Shown here piece by piece: positions 13,075 through 26,659 of a stretch of 64,000 bases of DNA; positions within the stretch are counted from its first letter, which is position 1; each line of letters begins with the position of its first letter. A program made the translations under genes and the position numbers. Source of the stretch: Eledone cirrhosa (Eukaryota); contig OZ024750.1 in assembly GCA_964016885.1 (NCBI GenBank), positions 15,190,001 through 15,254,000 on the forward strand, written 5' to 3'. Below the pieces are notes generated by a model. That model made no database searches. It saw only the letters and a program-made list of their open reading frames with translations, and was not told where the DNA came from.

Positions 13075-14436
13075 ATATATATATAAAGGTGAAAATGAAA
13101 GAAAGATACAACATGGGTTTCTGACTTTAAGCATCGACATCATTTTCAAAAAGTATATCGGAAGTATCCCGGAAATTATTACAATCTATTTTCTTGACAC
13201 TGGGTTGAGATTAGTGGACAATAATTTATCGATGTAATACAATCTTAGCAGACTACAGGAAATCTATTATGTTAATTTTTCCTGGTCTATGTTACAGTAA
13301 CACCTTAGTCTTGAAGTGCAGCTACATTAAACCTTGTATTCTTTTTGACGTATAAAATGCCAACATTTGTTTGAAATAGGTTGAATAGTTTGAATCGGTT
13401 TCAGTATATTATTCTTTCCAAGGACACTTCGATTTCAAATTAGAAAACAGTGGGACAAAACTATTGCTTGTATTAATATTCTCCAACTTTATTTCATGAG
13501 AATCAGCGTCTATAAAATATATTTAATAAGTTTGCTACTATATTCTTGTCCAAACCATTTATTTGTAGTTACTGATATTTGTTTTTATCGATTTCTCTGA
13601 GATTCAATTATACCTTGTAAAGAGAATTTCTTATTCAATTAGTCACAATTAACTCTGGTTTATGCATTCAATAAATAAAATGTGAAGAAAACAGTTCAGA
13701 TCGTGTGCCAGACTTACGACTCATTGAAAAAACTACAAGTCTAGTATTTGAGACGATTCTATCAACTTTATATTACTCATAAAATCTAATTGGTATTGTG
13801 CTAACTTAAAAGAATGAACAGTTATCAGTTGCAGTAAACATTTCTGTACATGAAAAAGCACATCATCTTCCGGATGCAGCTTCATAGGAATGTTATTGCG
13901 CTTCACACACTGGAGTGACTTCCTGTTACTTTTTGTCTGTAAATCTTAGAATTTTGAACGAAAAATGGCGTGTGTTTTGATGTTCATACCTTTCCAAGGG
14001 CATTCGTGACGTACATGAAATGAAATAGCTACAACCGAACATATTTCTGAATGGCTGCCAACCAGTAATATCGTATATTCTGAGCTAGTAAAAAATATTC
14101 GTGTTTCGTATCCCAAAGATTAACGCGGTAGAAAAAACAGTAATGTGTTTTTGTTGTTACTATATTAAGCAAGCAATGTCCTTGGTTAGGCGAATTCAAA
14201 GTTAATGAGAAGAACTATGTTGATCTTTACATTAATTCATCTATAAATATAGGGCGTTATGAAATCATTATTACCTTCACATTCCATTCTAAAGATGATA
14301 AAAAAGAGGTTGGGGAAAGGGTAGAGGGAATGCTTTGGCCTGCTTAATTTGCTGACTTGTAGTTTTCGATTTGAAAATTGCTGAGTTGAAAACGTTGGAT
14401 GGCTTACTGTGAATACGTTATTTCATTTAGTTAAAT

Positions 14437-14782
14437 AATTGTTTCTACTATTGGCACAAGACCAGCAATTATCTCAGTGCATTACTGGTACTTTATTTTA
14501 TCGACCCCGTAAGGATGAAAGGCAAAGTTAACCTCGGCGAGATTTGAACTCAGATCATAAAGGGGCGTAACTCTATGCATTTAGTTAGATAATTGTTTCT
14601 GCTTTTGGCACAACGCTAGCAATTACCCAGTGCATTACTGGTACTTTATTTTATCGACCCCCCGTAAGGAAAAAAGGCAAAGTTAACCTCCGCGGGATTT
14701 GAACTCCGATCATACAGGGAGGTAACTCTATGCTTCAAAGCATGGCGTCCGACCCTCTACCGATATTGCCAATCCACCGCCT
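14437..14782 (-). mobile_element. tRNA-SINE pair
   Basis: Two copies separated and flanked by CATTTAGTTARATAAT (three occurrences). Confidence 0.9.
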
Positions 14783-15133
14783 TATGCATTTAGTTAGATA
14801 ATGTTACATAATTGTTGAAATTCCACAGTTAAATTAGAAAGAACCATGAAGGATTAAAGATCATTATGGCATTTTGAACGATTTATATGTAAATATATTT
14901 CAATTCAAGCATTAAACTAATGTATTTCTTCATTGTACTATGTCGAATACTTAATTTCTGTTTACTTTACACACTCTCACACACATATGTATACACACAT
15001 GCACACACATATAGACACACACACACGCATATATACATGCATATATATATATACATACAAATAATACAATCACCCATAATTAAAAAAAAAATAACAATTT
15101 AGAAGACAAACAGAAAAGGAGTGGGCGAGTTAC

Positions 15134-15170
<37 letters not shown>

Positions 15171-15286
15171 TATACATATCCATACATATACATATGCATA
15201 TATATACATATCCATATATATATGTATATATACGTATATGATTGCTAAGTTTCAAAAAGCTAGTACAATGCCATAGAAATATATAA

Positions 15287-15522
15287 AGAGCAAAGGATGA
15301 CAAATAAAACTAAAGAAATTAATCTTTGACCGAGTATATTTCAATATGATATTTCAGGGTTATAACCCTCTTTTCAAATTCAGTTAAAGAATCGATCGTT
15401 CGTTTTGTATGGAACCGTTTCTGCGTCATATTTGAAAAGAAGGTTGTAGCCTAGGAATATCATGTTGAAATATACTGGATAAAACATTACTTTGTTTTGT
15501 TTTATTTGTCATCCTTTGCCCT
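15287..15522. repeat. Old degenerate fold-back element
   Basis: CAAAGGATGACAAATAAAAC...CTTTTCAAAT versus ATTTGAAAAG...GTTTTATTTGTCATCCTTTG; ~90-bp diverged arms. Confidence 0.6.
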
Positions 15523-15570
15523 CATCAGTTATTTATTCATATCTCAGAATGCTTCATATTAACTATACTA

Positions 15571-15605
<35 letters not shown>

Positions 15606-15702
15606 GTTACGCTTACACAGCCGATGTGAAATTTTCTTTATAAATTAGTGAGAACGTTTATGATTTATGTAAATTCTTGTTTTGTAGCGCTGTTTCCTCT
15701 TT

Positions 15703-15837
<135 letters not shown>

Positions 15838-15979
15838 TTATATGTTAAGTATTTCCGAAGAAAAAGCAAAGGAAAAGTGAACAACACAAAATATAACTAC
15901 TCCATTACAAAAGACGTATGATAATATTGTCTAGGGTCCTGAAACCTATGGTAATGGAGTAGTTATATATATATATACA

Positions 15980-16200
15980 CAGCGTGTGGCTGAGTGGTTA
16001 GATAATTAGATTCGCAATCGTGAGGTTGTGAGTTCGATTCCTGCACCAGGCGATGCCTTATGTCCCTGAGCAAGACAATTTATTTCTCGTTGCTCCTTCT
16101 ACCTGGAGTTGCGACCGATAGATAGTATTAGCAATTGGAAAGACCAACGGAAACATCGTTTCCTTGGTCCGATTTGACGAAAGTCGATCGTTAAAGGATA
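15980..16200 (+). mobile_element. Second tRNA-derived SINE family (CORE-like central domain)
   Basis: TGGCTGAGTGG A-box, GAGTTCGATTCC B-box, then TGTCCCTGAGCAAGACAATTTATTTCTCGTTGCTCC. Confidence 0.7.
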
Positions 16201-16432
16201 TATATATATAGAGAGAGAGGGGTGAGAGAGAAAGAGAGAGAGAGAGAGGGGGGGGGGAGAAAGAGAGAGCGAGAGAGCGAGAGAGAAACATTAGCAGGGT
16301 AAATGAGAAATGTAATGTTTATTGAAGTCAAATCCTAGTTGGAAAAATTACTTCACAGTATATATGAATGTTTTACTATAGTTACTTATATATGCATGTA
16401 TTGTTCACCCCCGCCTCTCTCTCACCCCCCCT

Positions 16433-16474
<42 letters not shown>

Positions 16475-16929
16475 CTCTGATAATTATTTTTTGTCTTTTA
16501 GGTGAGTAAAATTCCGATATATATTTTCAAAAAAGAAATAGGACTTATGGTAAAGAACACATTTACTAAAAGGTATGCACACACATTTTCAAAATATATA
16601 ATAACTGTATTATTAGTGCTTAGTTCTGCCTATTATGAAAAAAGTATGTTTGATTATTATCCAGATCGATCTCTGGAGCTGGTTTTAAGAAAGTATTTTG
16701 GATTATTGAATACGTTGACAAGTGTCGATAAATAATGTATTATATGTCTCAGTGACTTGATTAAAATCCCACTTCTAAATATATCTGCCTTATTTCATGC
16801 GGAATTGTGAATGTGTTTATTCTCATTCAAAATATAGAAGTATTCATGAAAAATGGTCCATTTCTCTAAGAATGGACTTTAGTATCACATAAACAGGTAA
16901 TACTTACAGTGGAAATTATGATGAGAGAT

Positions 16930-17031
<102 letters not shown>

Positions 17032-17732
17032 GCTGGACTTCAAAATAGCTCCGTCTACCATATTTGGCCCCCATGGTTATGGAATGCTCGAAGTTCTGGT
17101 AGAAACACTTACCAATCTTCTCGTGTGGTGGGATCAAGCCTGAAACTACACGATTTGGAATATTATCATATGCAGACAAGCATGTGCATATAGTTCGACA
17201 TATACGTTTGTAAATATGTAAATATGTATTAACAAGCAGTCGCAAGAGTGTTAAGAATAGGAATGAGATAGAAGAGAAGAGTGTAGGGGGGGGGGGAGAT
17301 AGTTTGAAGATAAACACAACTCAAAATCACATTCAAGGAATAGGATTAACACCGAGAAGAAATATATATTTATATATCTGAATTGGTCTTTCAGTGGAAT
17401 CTCATCACGAATACAATGAATGATATTATAGCTAGGAACATCTCAATCCCACACGTGAGAAACTATACAAATACTCTTGGCTGTAAACTTGTTATGCTGT
17501 GTATAACACTAAACCATTAGCTATGTTGTTGAATAGTGTTACCATTCCACTAGTAATGCAGAACCAGTAAATTCTAGTTAGAGAAACGGTGGGAATTGTC
17601 ACCGGTTTTAAGTTAATTATTAGTTACATTTCTAGTTCCTAGTTGTAGTTGATACTTCGGTTTCACTGCTTCTGTCTAATTCTATTTCATTCATCTCTCA
17701 GACTTCACCTTTTTCTTTTCTCTTTCTAATTA

Positions 17733-17780
<48 letters not shown>

Positions 17781-17896
17781 GCCACCACCACCACCACCAG
17801 CATTAATACTATTACTACTACCACCACCACCGCAATTACCATTACCAACACAACAACTACTACTACCACTGCAACCGCAACGATCCCCAGCATCAC

Positions 17897-17927
<31 letters not shown>

Positions 17928-18132
17928 GCAATCACAACCATCACTAATACAACTACCGAAACCACAACCATCACCACTACCATCACAATTACTAGTTCTA
18001 CTACCACCGCAACCACAACCATCACCACTACCATCACCACTACCACCATTACAACAACAACAACAACAACTACTACTACTACCACTACTACCACCGCAAC
18101 CATCACCACCACCACCACCACTACTACTACTA
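17733..18132. repeat. (CTA/CCA)n degenerate trinucleotide tract
   Basis: Direct inspection. Confidence 0.95.
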
Positions 18133-18490
18133 TGTTCACACAGCATATACAAGTAATCATATTTATATAAGTCTCGATGAAGGAAGGGTGTCAGTTATAC
18201 TCGACGAAATAAGAACAGAGTTTCATAAGATTTGTTGCAAAATTTATATTTAAAAAAAAAAAACATATTTTATTAATAATTACTTTTATTTTGACTTCAT
18301 GTTGTTTTTGATTTTTCATCTTGAAAATTGGTGCCACTGGGACTAACAGAATCTTAAGTGAATTTTATAAGTGATTGGAGAAAAATATAGAATGTATGTA
18401 AACATGCACACGCGCACAAACACGTGAACGGATAGACGGATACACACAAACACAGCTACGGATCTATATAAACAGATGAATAAAAATACT

Positions 18491-18494
<4 letters not shown>

Positions 18495-18548
<54 letters not shown>

Positions 18549-18691
18549 AGCATATATACATACATATATATATAAGCATATATACATATATATATATATA
18601 TATACAAGCATATATACATACATATATATATAAGCATATATACATATATACATACATATATAAGCATATATACATACATATATATGCATAT

Positions 18692-18722
<31 letters not shown>

Positions 18723-19608
18723 AGCATATATACATATATAAGCATATATACATACATACATACATATATAAGCATATATACATACATACATATATAAGCA
18801 TATATACATACATACATATATAAGCATATATACATACATACATATATAAGCATATATACATACATACATACATACATATATAAGCATATATACATATATA
18901 AGCATATATACATATATACATATATAAGCATATATACATATATAAGCATATATACATATATAAGCATATATACATACATAAGCATATATAAGCATATATA
19001 CATATATACATACATACATATATAAGCATATATACATATATACATACATATATAAGCATATATACATATATACATACATATATAAGCATATATACATATA
19101 TACATACATATATAAGCATATATACATATATACATACATATATAAGCATATGTACATATATGCATACATACATATATATGCATACATACATATATATGCA
19201 TACATACATATATATGCATACATACATATATAAGCATACATACATATATAAGCATATATACATATATACATACATATATATATATATATGTATGTGTATA
19301 TATATGTGTATATATGTGTATATATATATGTGTGTGTATATATATATATGTGTATATATATATATATGTGTATATATATATGTATGTGTGTGTATATATA
19401 TATATGTGTATATATATGTATGCGTGTATATATATGTGTGTATATATATGTATGCGTGTATATATATGTGTGTATATATATGTATGCGTGTATATATATG
19501 TGTGTGTGTATATATATGCATGTCTGTATATATATATGTATTTATGTATGTATGTGTATATATATATATATCTATATGTATGCATATATATATATATATC
19601 TATATGTA

Positions 19609-19653
<45 letters not shown>

Positions 19654-19707
19654 ATGTATGCATATAAATATATATATATATATATACACACACATATATA
19701 TACATAC
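18495..19707. repeat. 1.2-kb TA-derived minisatellite (TAAGCATATATACATA units, then TG/TA units)
   Basis: Direct inspection; source of the longest spurious ORFs. Confidence 0.95.
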
Positions 19708-20267
19708 AAAAAGAGAAAGAAGGCGAGAGGTGTATAGCTGATATAGCTGATATGAAACATTGTGAAATAGAATTAAAAGTGTTTTATCAATCCATTAAAG
19801 TACAAGTTGGAAATAAAGGCAAGAAAAAAAAGTAAGAGAAATATATAGACTTTTACGTTTTATCTCAATATTTCGGATTTAAATTTTTCACGTTTTAAAA
19901 TCCTAGATATTGGAATATAAGGTCAGCATATATATATATAGTTATGTAATAAACAACATAAGGCAATTATTTCATTTACCAGTGGTTTCTTGAAAGCAAA
20001 CAAAATTTGCTTTCAATCATCGGAATGAAAAAATCCTGGTGTATTTATTGACATTGGATTTTAAAAACCTATTGATATTGGTTTTTATTTCATATATTAA
20101 TATGCCAATTCTTCTTTGGTGCTTTATTAATCTTTTTTCCTGCTTCTATCTAGTTACTATCTAAAGAATTGTTTAACCCTGGTATTCTTGTAGATTTCAA
20201 GAAAACACGTTCACCATATACTGGAAGAAATAACATTTTTTTGAACGTAGATGTGAAACAATTAACA

Positions 20268-20428
20268 AATTATTGTATCTACTTTAGGCATAAGGACATT
20301 AATTTGAAAGGGAGGGGAAAATCGATTAAATCGACCCCAGTCGATTATTGGTACTTTATTTTATTGACCCCATAAGGATGAAAAACAAAGCTAACATCAG
20401 TGGGATTTGAACTCAGAACATAAAGGGT
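20268..20428 (-). mobile_element. tRNA-SINE, diverged
   Basis: Reverse complement of consensus. Confidence 0.75.
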
Positions 20429-22869
20429 TATATTATATAGTGTTGTCACATTCTAAGATACCTAACTTTACCTAATAGCAAAAGAGAACATGCTCTCTTT
20501 AACTGTATGGAAATGACTTTACTAAATGAAAATAAAGTAAAATAAGAACAAACGTGGTTATAACCTATGTGACTGAAATGTTGCAACATTCCTGTCTTTA
20601 TCGGAAGTTTTAGCTATGCAATAGAAACCAAAAGTCTTTACCCGGCAACAAACATTAAAAGTTACATCATGTACTAAAGTGTTCATTATTTATATTAGGA
20701 AATGTATGCCAAATATATTTAAGACATCAGGGTGTTGAGGTAGGAAACTAAGCACCCTGTAGTGAAGTTGTGCCGTATTCCGCAAAAGACAAAATAGATT
20801 TTATTATCATTCTTTTTTTGTTTCAGAAATAATAAAACTGCATATGGTTTTAATTAGTGATGGTATTGCATTTACTGCCAGTTAAACTTGTTAAACTCGT
20901 TGTTAAAAATGAAGATCTAATTTACGTGTCATGAAGCTAGAAACTATTTCATAAATGAGGTTTACGAAATAATTAAGACACAAATGCTGTGCATGAATTA
21001 GTATATTTATCTCCTTGATTTCATTGTAATTGTAAAGGAAATAAACAAATATTTTCTTAAATAATTTGATGAATGAGTCAGATGAAGCTTATTCCTCTCC
21101 AGAGCTGAAGACAACCGATTTCTTACAAAGAAGGAGAGGGAGAAGTGGAGAGAATCGGTTCCCAGTATTGAACTGGTACTTTTTCTACCTCGAAATGAAG
21201 ATCTTGTTATGATTTGAACTAAGCACACAGAGAACCAAAACGAATGCGGCAATCATTTTTTCCTACTTTTTATTAGCTCTGTAAATTCGCTGCATTCTTA
21301 ACCCGAATGACCTATCTCTAAATATATAAGAATATTCAATAGCCAAGCGATAACGCGAAGCAAGAAAACCATTTTCAGAAATATTTTCATATTCAATATT
21401 TTGACAGACAAAAGATAAATTCTAGTAGAGCCACGTCTCAGAGACATTTAGCAATATTCTAACATACGCAGAACGATAAAATAAAATAAAAATGATAATT
21501 TGATGCGATCAAAAAAGTATTTCAAAATGTATGCTCATAAATGTTAGGTTTAATCTAAAAGACAACATTTTTATATATATTTTGCTAACCACAGAAGGCT
21601 ATTACTGCTTTGTTATATATTTAAAGACAAGTGAACTGAGAACATTTGTCCAATCGATACTGATTGTAAGTCATTGCTATTTATTATAAAGTTTCATAAA
21701 TACCAACGCCCATCCAAGTCTATGTAGAGAAATTCCTTCTTTCGCTTGCGAGAGTGTGGTTAAAGAGAGATATCGACTCGTCTATTTTTATTTTGGAGAA
21801 GGCAATGTGTCTTTGCAACTAATTCATTATCTATTATTGATACATTCGTTGTTTTTATGTTCCCATTAGAATTAACCAGCCAGCTGGCTCTTGAGACTTG
21901 TCTAAATAAATACGCATTTCAGTCATATCGTAATTCAGTCATATTGATGTGTGTGTTTATGTTTGTCTTAGTTATTCCTGAAATATATATATTTACATAT
22001 AAATATCAATGTTTTCTAATTTTACTGGATACATAACGCCTATTGCGTTCCAATGCAACATTCAGTAGTTGTCATAACCTGTATCCTATCACATTTTTCT
22101 AGACATCCCTCATATCCTTGTGGACTTAAAATAAGTCACTTTAGATGGTTAGTAGAAGTCTATTTCAAATGAAAAGACATCGACGTCTCATATTATGTCT
22201 CAACTTCCTTTGATAGTAAGCATGTGAACTGGAGAAAACGACCAAACGCTATAGCAAACTACACACACAAAAATTCTCAATTAATAAAAGGTTAAACTTA
22301 ATAAATCAAGGACATTTAAAAAAAAATCAATATCTAAAATACTTTGAACACTACATCAACAACCACAAAATTATAATCGTATAATCACAGTTAATTTTAT
22401 ATATAAAATAAAATGTATATCTATCTCTCAATAGATATATACGGTTGTATGCTCCTTAATTCATTCGCTAGAAGCTTTACCATTTTACTCATCTACATTT
22501 TACCTCTTCAGAACAGTTCTGTCTTGTTTTTTTGTACGAAAGAGTTAATGTTCATCGTTCTGATTCTAACAATGTTAGAAAATACAAGCGACTATACATG
22601 AAATTGGTCGCCTTACCTTTCATTTCATACGGGTTTGTATTTATTCTAGTTTATACATGTTGGAAATGACATATAATCTATTGGAATCAAACTATTTGTA
22701 TTGTAGCTCCTGGGGGAATTTTAACACGATATGTTAAAGGATGCAGGAAGTTTCATTTCTGACAATTTTTTAGTGCCAACTCGTCACCTTTCTTATTGAA
22801 TTCAATACTAAGTTTACTGTGGTACAGTAATGTTCTTTATGACATCATTGTTAAGGCTGTAAGATTAAC

Positions 22870-23150
22870 ATTAAAAACATGGACCTCCGTCGGGTTCAAT
22901 GATGAATCTTTGTTGAGAGATCAACTAAACAAATCACTTAATTTGCAAAAGGCTGGATATTTCACACACTTTAATAGTAAACCCCAAACAGAGTATTTGA
23001 ATTACAGGTACAATCAATTCCACGAGATTCCTCACAATTTATATCTACACAATTTATCTCACAATGCTTCGATCGACACGCAGCTATGGTTAAAAATCAC
23101 TTGCCCTAGATGCTGCGCCGTGAGATTGAACTGCCGATACTCATAACTGT
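22870..23150 (-). mobile_element. Old CORE-like SINE remnant
   Basis: GGTTAAAAATCACTTGCCCTAG...GAGATTGAAC resembles a reversed CORE/B-box arrangement. Confidence 0.4.
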
Positions 23151-25154
23151 TTGCCATTTATTACCCATTATAATTACTATGTATCATTAATGATTTCTCT
23201 TTAACAAACTATTTAAGGTTTTGTAATAAAACAATTTTATTTGTTTTTGTAATCTTAAAATGAAATATGACTTTTATTCATTCTTATTTTCTTTATGTTT
23301 TATGATTGTATCATTAACTAAAGCAAGTTTAATGAAATGTTAGAAATTAGCATTCATTTATAAACTTAGAATTAATTCCGCCCTACTTGCTTTGCACACA
23401 TTTTTATTTCAAAGGAAGAAAAACACGAGCAAAAGTAAAACAAGGAGAGATAAATAGTGTTCTCGTATTGGAAATTGCATTTCTAATAGTTATTGTTTCT
23501 CTAATTTATTCGATACATTCTTCAAGTCAAGAGAACAAAGTCTTTTCGGATATTGAAATACAAAAGAAAATGAAAGAGATAGTTAACAGAAAAAAAGCAC
23601 GATTTAACAATGAAAACTCATTTTGATGGTTTCATTTAATACTACATCAACTCATATTTAAAGTGGTTAACGAAGAAATAGTTAAGAACCAAAATACTTT
23701 ATTTAAAACGCAATTACTGAAATGCAAATAATTCGATAGGCAGCGAATATGTTCGATCATCTAGTTACATATTTTGTCTTTGTTTTGTCTATTTAGAGAA
23801 AAACAAATTCTTGTTTGTTAAATTTTAACTAAACACTGGAAGATAATGAAAAACTTGTCAATCAAACGACATGCTAACAGACACGAGAGAATGCCAAAAT
23901 AAATCGATTACGGTATATAGGTTCTAATCCGTATTTTACAGGTTCAAATAATATCTAAAACACCATCATTCTATTCATAATAATCAAACATTTATAATAT
24001 AGAAAACATTTAGATTGATCATACCTACCTCTATGAAAAGACTGTTAGTGTGTTTAGAAAATGTAGTCAAATACATAGTACGCTTGTTACTTACAGTATA
24101 CAGGGACATTACGTTTAGTTAGACAGGGATATTTACAAACGAACTAAGTACTCAAACTCCAAGACTACCGATTCTTAATTTACTCTATCCCAAATCTACA
24201 CTGATGTAATATACATACATAGGCGGCGAACGTCAGATATAATGCTTTGCGCTATTCGTTTCTCCTCTCTGAGTTCAAATCCCGCCAAGGTCAACTTTGC
24301 CTTTCGTGAATTCAAGGTCAGTAAAAATATGCCAGTCTAGTACCGGGGTCTATATGTTTTTCTCACTTTTTCTCTCTCTCCTTCTCATGGAAAACTGTAT
24401 TCAGATTTAATTTAATCGCCAGGTTTAAAAATGGCCAACAAGTGATATATGTAAATACAACGGCCCTACGATTCCATTGGGATCTACGGGTCTATACATG
24501 CAATATACAGGCCATGGATTTAACATAACAAAGACATTAACAATACTTACAGCTAAGGTAGCTAAATAGGTATTATTACTATATACCTCAGTGATTTATA
24601 TTCATGAAGCATATTTATAGACCTCTTAATATCTCAACTAGTGACAGTGAAGTTTTACAATGGCATTTTATATAACAGTATAGCTATAATTGTTCAAGCA
24701 ATGATTATTGCATTCTTCATTAAGTAGAAGATATTCATGAAATCTAGACAAAGCAATCCACAAGAAAAGAATCTGAATCTTGTTTCCAAATATTTTGAAT
24801 TCTTTATGGAATGATACATACTAATGAAAGTTTGTGCGGGTATTTTAAATGAGAGAAGCCGCTTCTCTTTCATAAGTTTCCAGAGAGGATTATACGCATC
24901 AGTAACACTTTTCAGGGAACTATCTATAGTAATTTAGGTAAGATTGATAGCACTAATTACTACGAAATTTAATAAGTAAGCTGAGGGCTCTTAATCTTCC
25001 TGTGATCAGTTTAGATTCTTACTTATTGTCTCAGCAAAGAAAATGGCAATGACAAAGGATTTGACAATTAGCTTAAATTCATTCAGGCATGAACATATTA
25101 AGTGACAGTACAGATTGCTGTGATATTATCGCGAACTCAACGTATGTTGCTAGT

Positions 25155-25341
25155 GCTGCTGTAACTACTACTACTACTGCTGCTGCTACTGCTGCAGCTA
25201 CTGCTGCAGCTACTACTACTACTACTACTACTACTGATGCAACTACTACTACTACTACTGATGCAACTACTACTACTACTACTACTGATGCAACTACTAC
25301 TACTACTACTGATGCAACTACTACCACCACTACTACTACTA
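25155..25341. repeat. (CTA/CTG)n tract with GATGCAA(CTA)n higher-order units
   Basis: Direct inspection. Confidence 0.9.
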
Positions 25342-26186
25342 TATTTTCTCATATTACATCTTAATAGGTATCTTGTTCTGATAATGTGTACTCTACTTCC
25401 TTGTAACAGTTCTACTTCTGCTGTGACCAGTAGAACTTTCTCGTTGATTCTGCTTGTAACTATATACCATTGATTAGATTTACTGACTAGTCAGTTTCGT
25501 AAATATTTCGAATTAAAGATCAGCTGGTTTGCTGTTGCTACTCTCTATCTATATTAGTATACACAAAGAATCTTCGTCAAATTCAATTAGCTTCATTATC
25601 CTAAATATATCAGTAGTTATCGTAGTGAGGGACGCGAGATTAGTTTACAAAGATAAAGTTCTCACAAAGAGAGGCTAGGTGTTTCTTATCGATAAAATTA
25701 AAGCAAATTATATGGCGTTTTATGCACGACATAGCATACGAATAGACTAACATATCATGGAATCATAGTAGCATAAAGACATCCAGATCAATAATGAATG
25801 AGAGACATTTGTCTGGGCATAAGAAATTATATAATACAAACGTATTAAAATGTCTGCTAATTTCAAAATGGTTAGACTCATTATTCCAATGATTTGAACA
25901 TCTATTACTTCTCAACTATTGTTTACTTGTCTCATTTTGGTGATGCATATGAGATACAGTGATAAGGGACTCAGTGAAACGATGTTAAAGTTAGATATTA
26001 AAGATAGAACCTCTTCACTCTATCTTGTAAATAATAGGATTATTATATGAATACAAAGCATCAGTAACGTAATTGAAGAGCATTAAGATGCATTATCATG
26101 TTAGTATACAACAAAGAAAATAGTTACTTATCATATGTGTAACTTTCACTTTCTTTAACTGAAAGAGGACGGGCGATTTTAGTTTG

Positions 26187-26220
<34 letters not shown>

Positions 26221-26235
<15 letters not shown>

Positions 26236-26472
26236 AATGAAATTATTGTGTACAGTGCTCAGGTGCACTATAACTCATCAAAGGTGCATGTATAGTACAT
26301 AGAATAATGTACAAATGTCAGGAAAATGAACAGTGTATGAGTCATGATATAATAATAATAATGAAATATTGTGTACAGTGCCCAGGTGCACCACAACTCA
26401 TCAAAAAGTGCATGTACAGTACATAGGGCAATGCACAAACATCAGTAAAATGAACAGTGCACGAGTCATGAT
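26221..26472 (-). repeat. Two tandem diverged copies of a ~125-bp repeat ending in (ATT)n (probable LINE 3' end); third copy at 5143-5217 (+)
   Basis: GTGTACAGTGCYCAGGTGCACYAYAACTCATCAAA occurs twice; its reverse complement TTTGATGAGTTGTAGTACACCTGAGAACTGTACAC is at ~5157. Confidence 0.65.
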
Positions 26473-26512
26473 ACACACATGTATATATATGTATGTATCT
26501 ATACATATGCAT

Positions 26513-26547
<35 letters not shown>

Positions 26548-26603
26548 GGCTCTGATACCATCAACACTATAAACACAGAGCTGGCATATCTAAGAACTGA
26601 CTA

Positions 26604-26659
26604 ACTGCCTGATGAGGTCATAGCCATTCAATGGCTATCATCGAAATATATATAGCAGT
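26604..26659 (+). ncRNA. Type I hammerhead ribozyme (Penelope-like 3' end remnant 26548-26705 in TA repeat)
   Basis: ACTGC-CTGATGA-GGT C ATAGCCATT C AATGGCTAT C ATC-GAAA-TATATA-TA|GCAGT, followed directly by AATAAA. Confidence 0.8.

Noticed and set aside
15980-16055. tRNA gene
   Set aside because: A/B boxes are present but there is no convincing cloverleaf, and the sequence continues into a SINE body. The same holds for the other SINE heads.
18170-18225. HHR-like CTCGATGAAGG...GACGAAA
   Set aside because: Core and stems are too degenerate to assign.
18343-19741. Long ORFs of 270-413 aa (YI/HT/CV-rich), and similar ORFs at 2436-3004, 6337-6993, 9206-9607, 17726-18160, 54729-55584 and 57054-57434
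   Set aside because: These are stop-free translations of microsatellites, open in several frames on both strands, and not genes.
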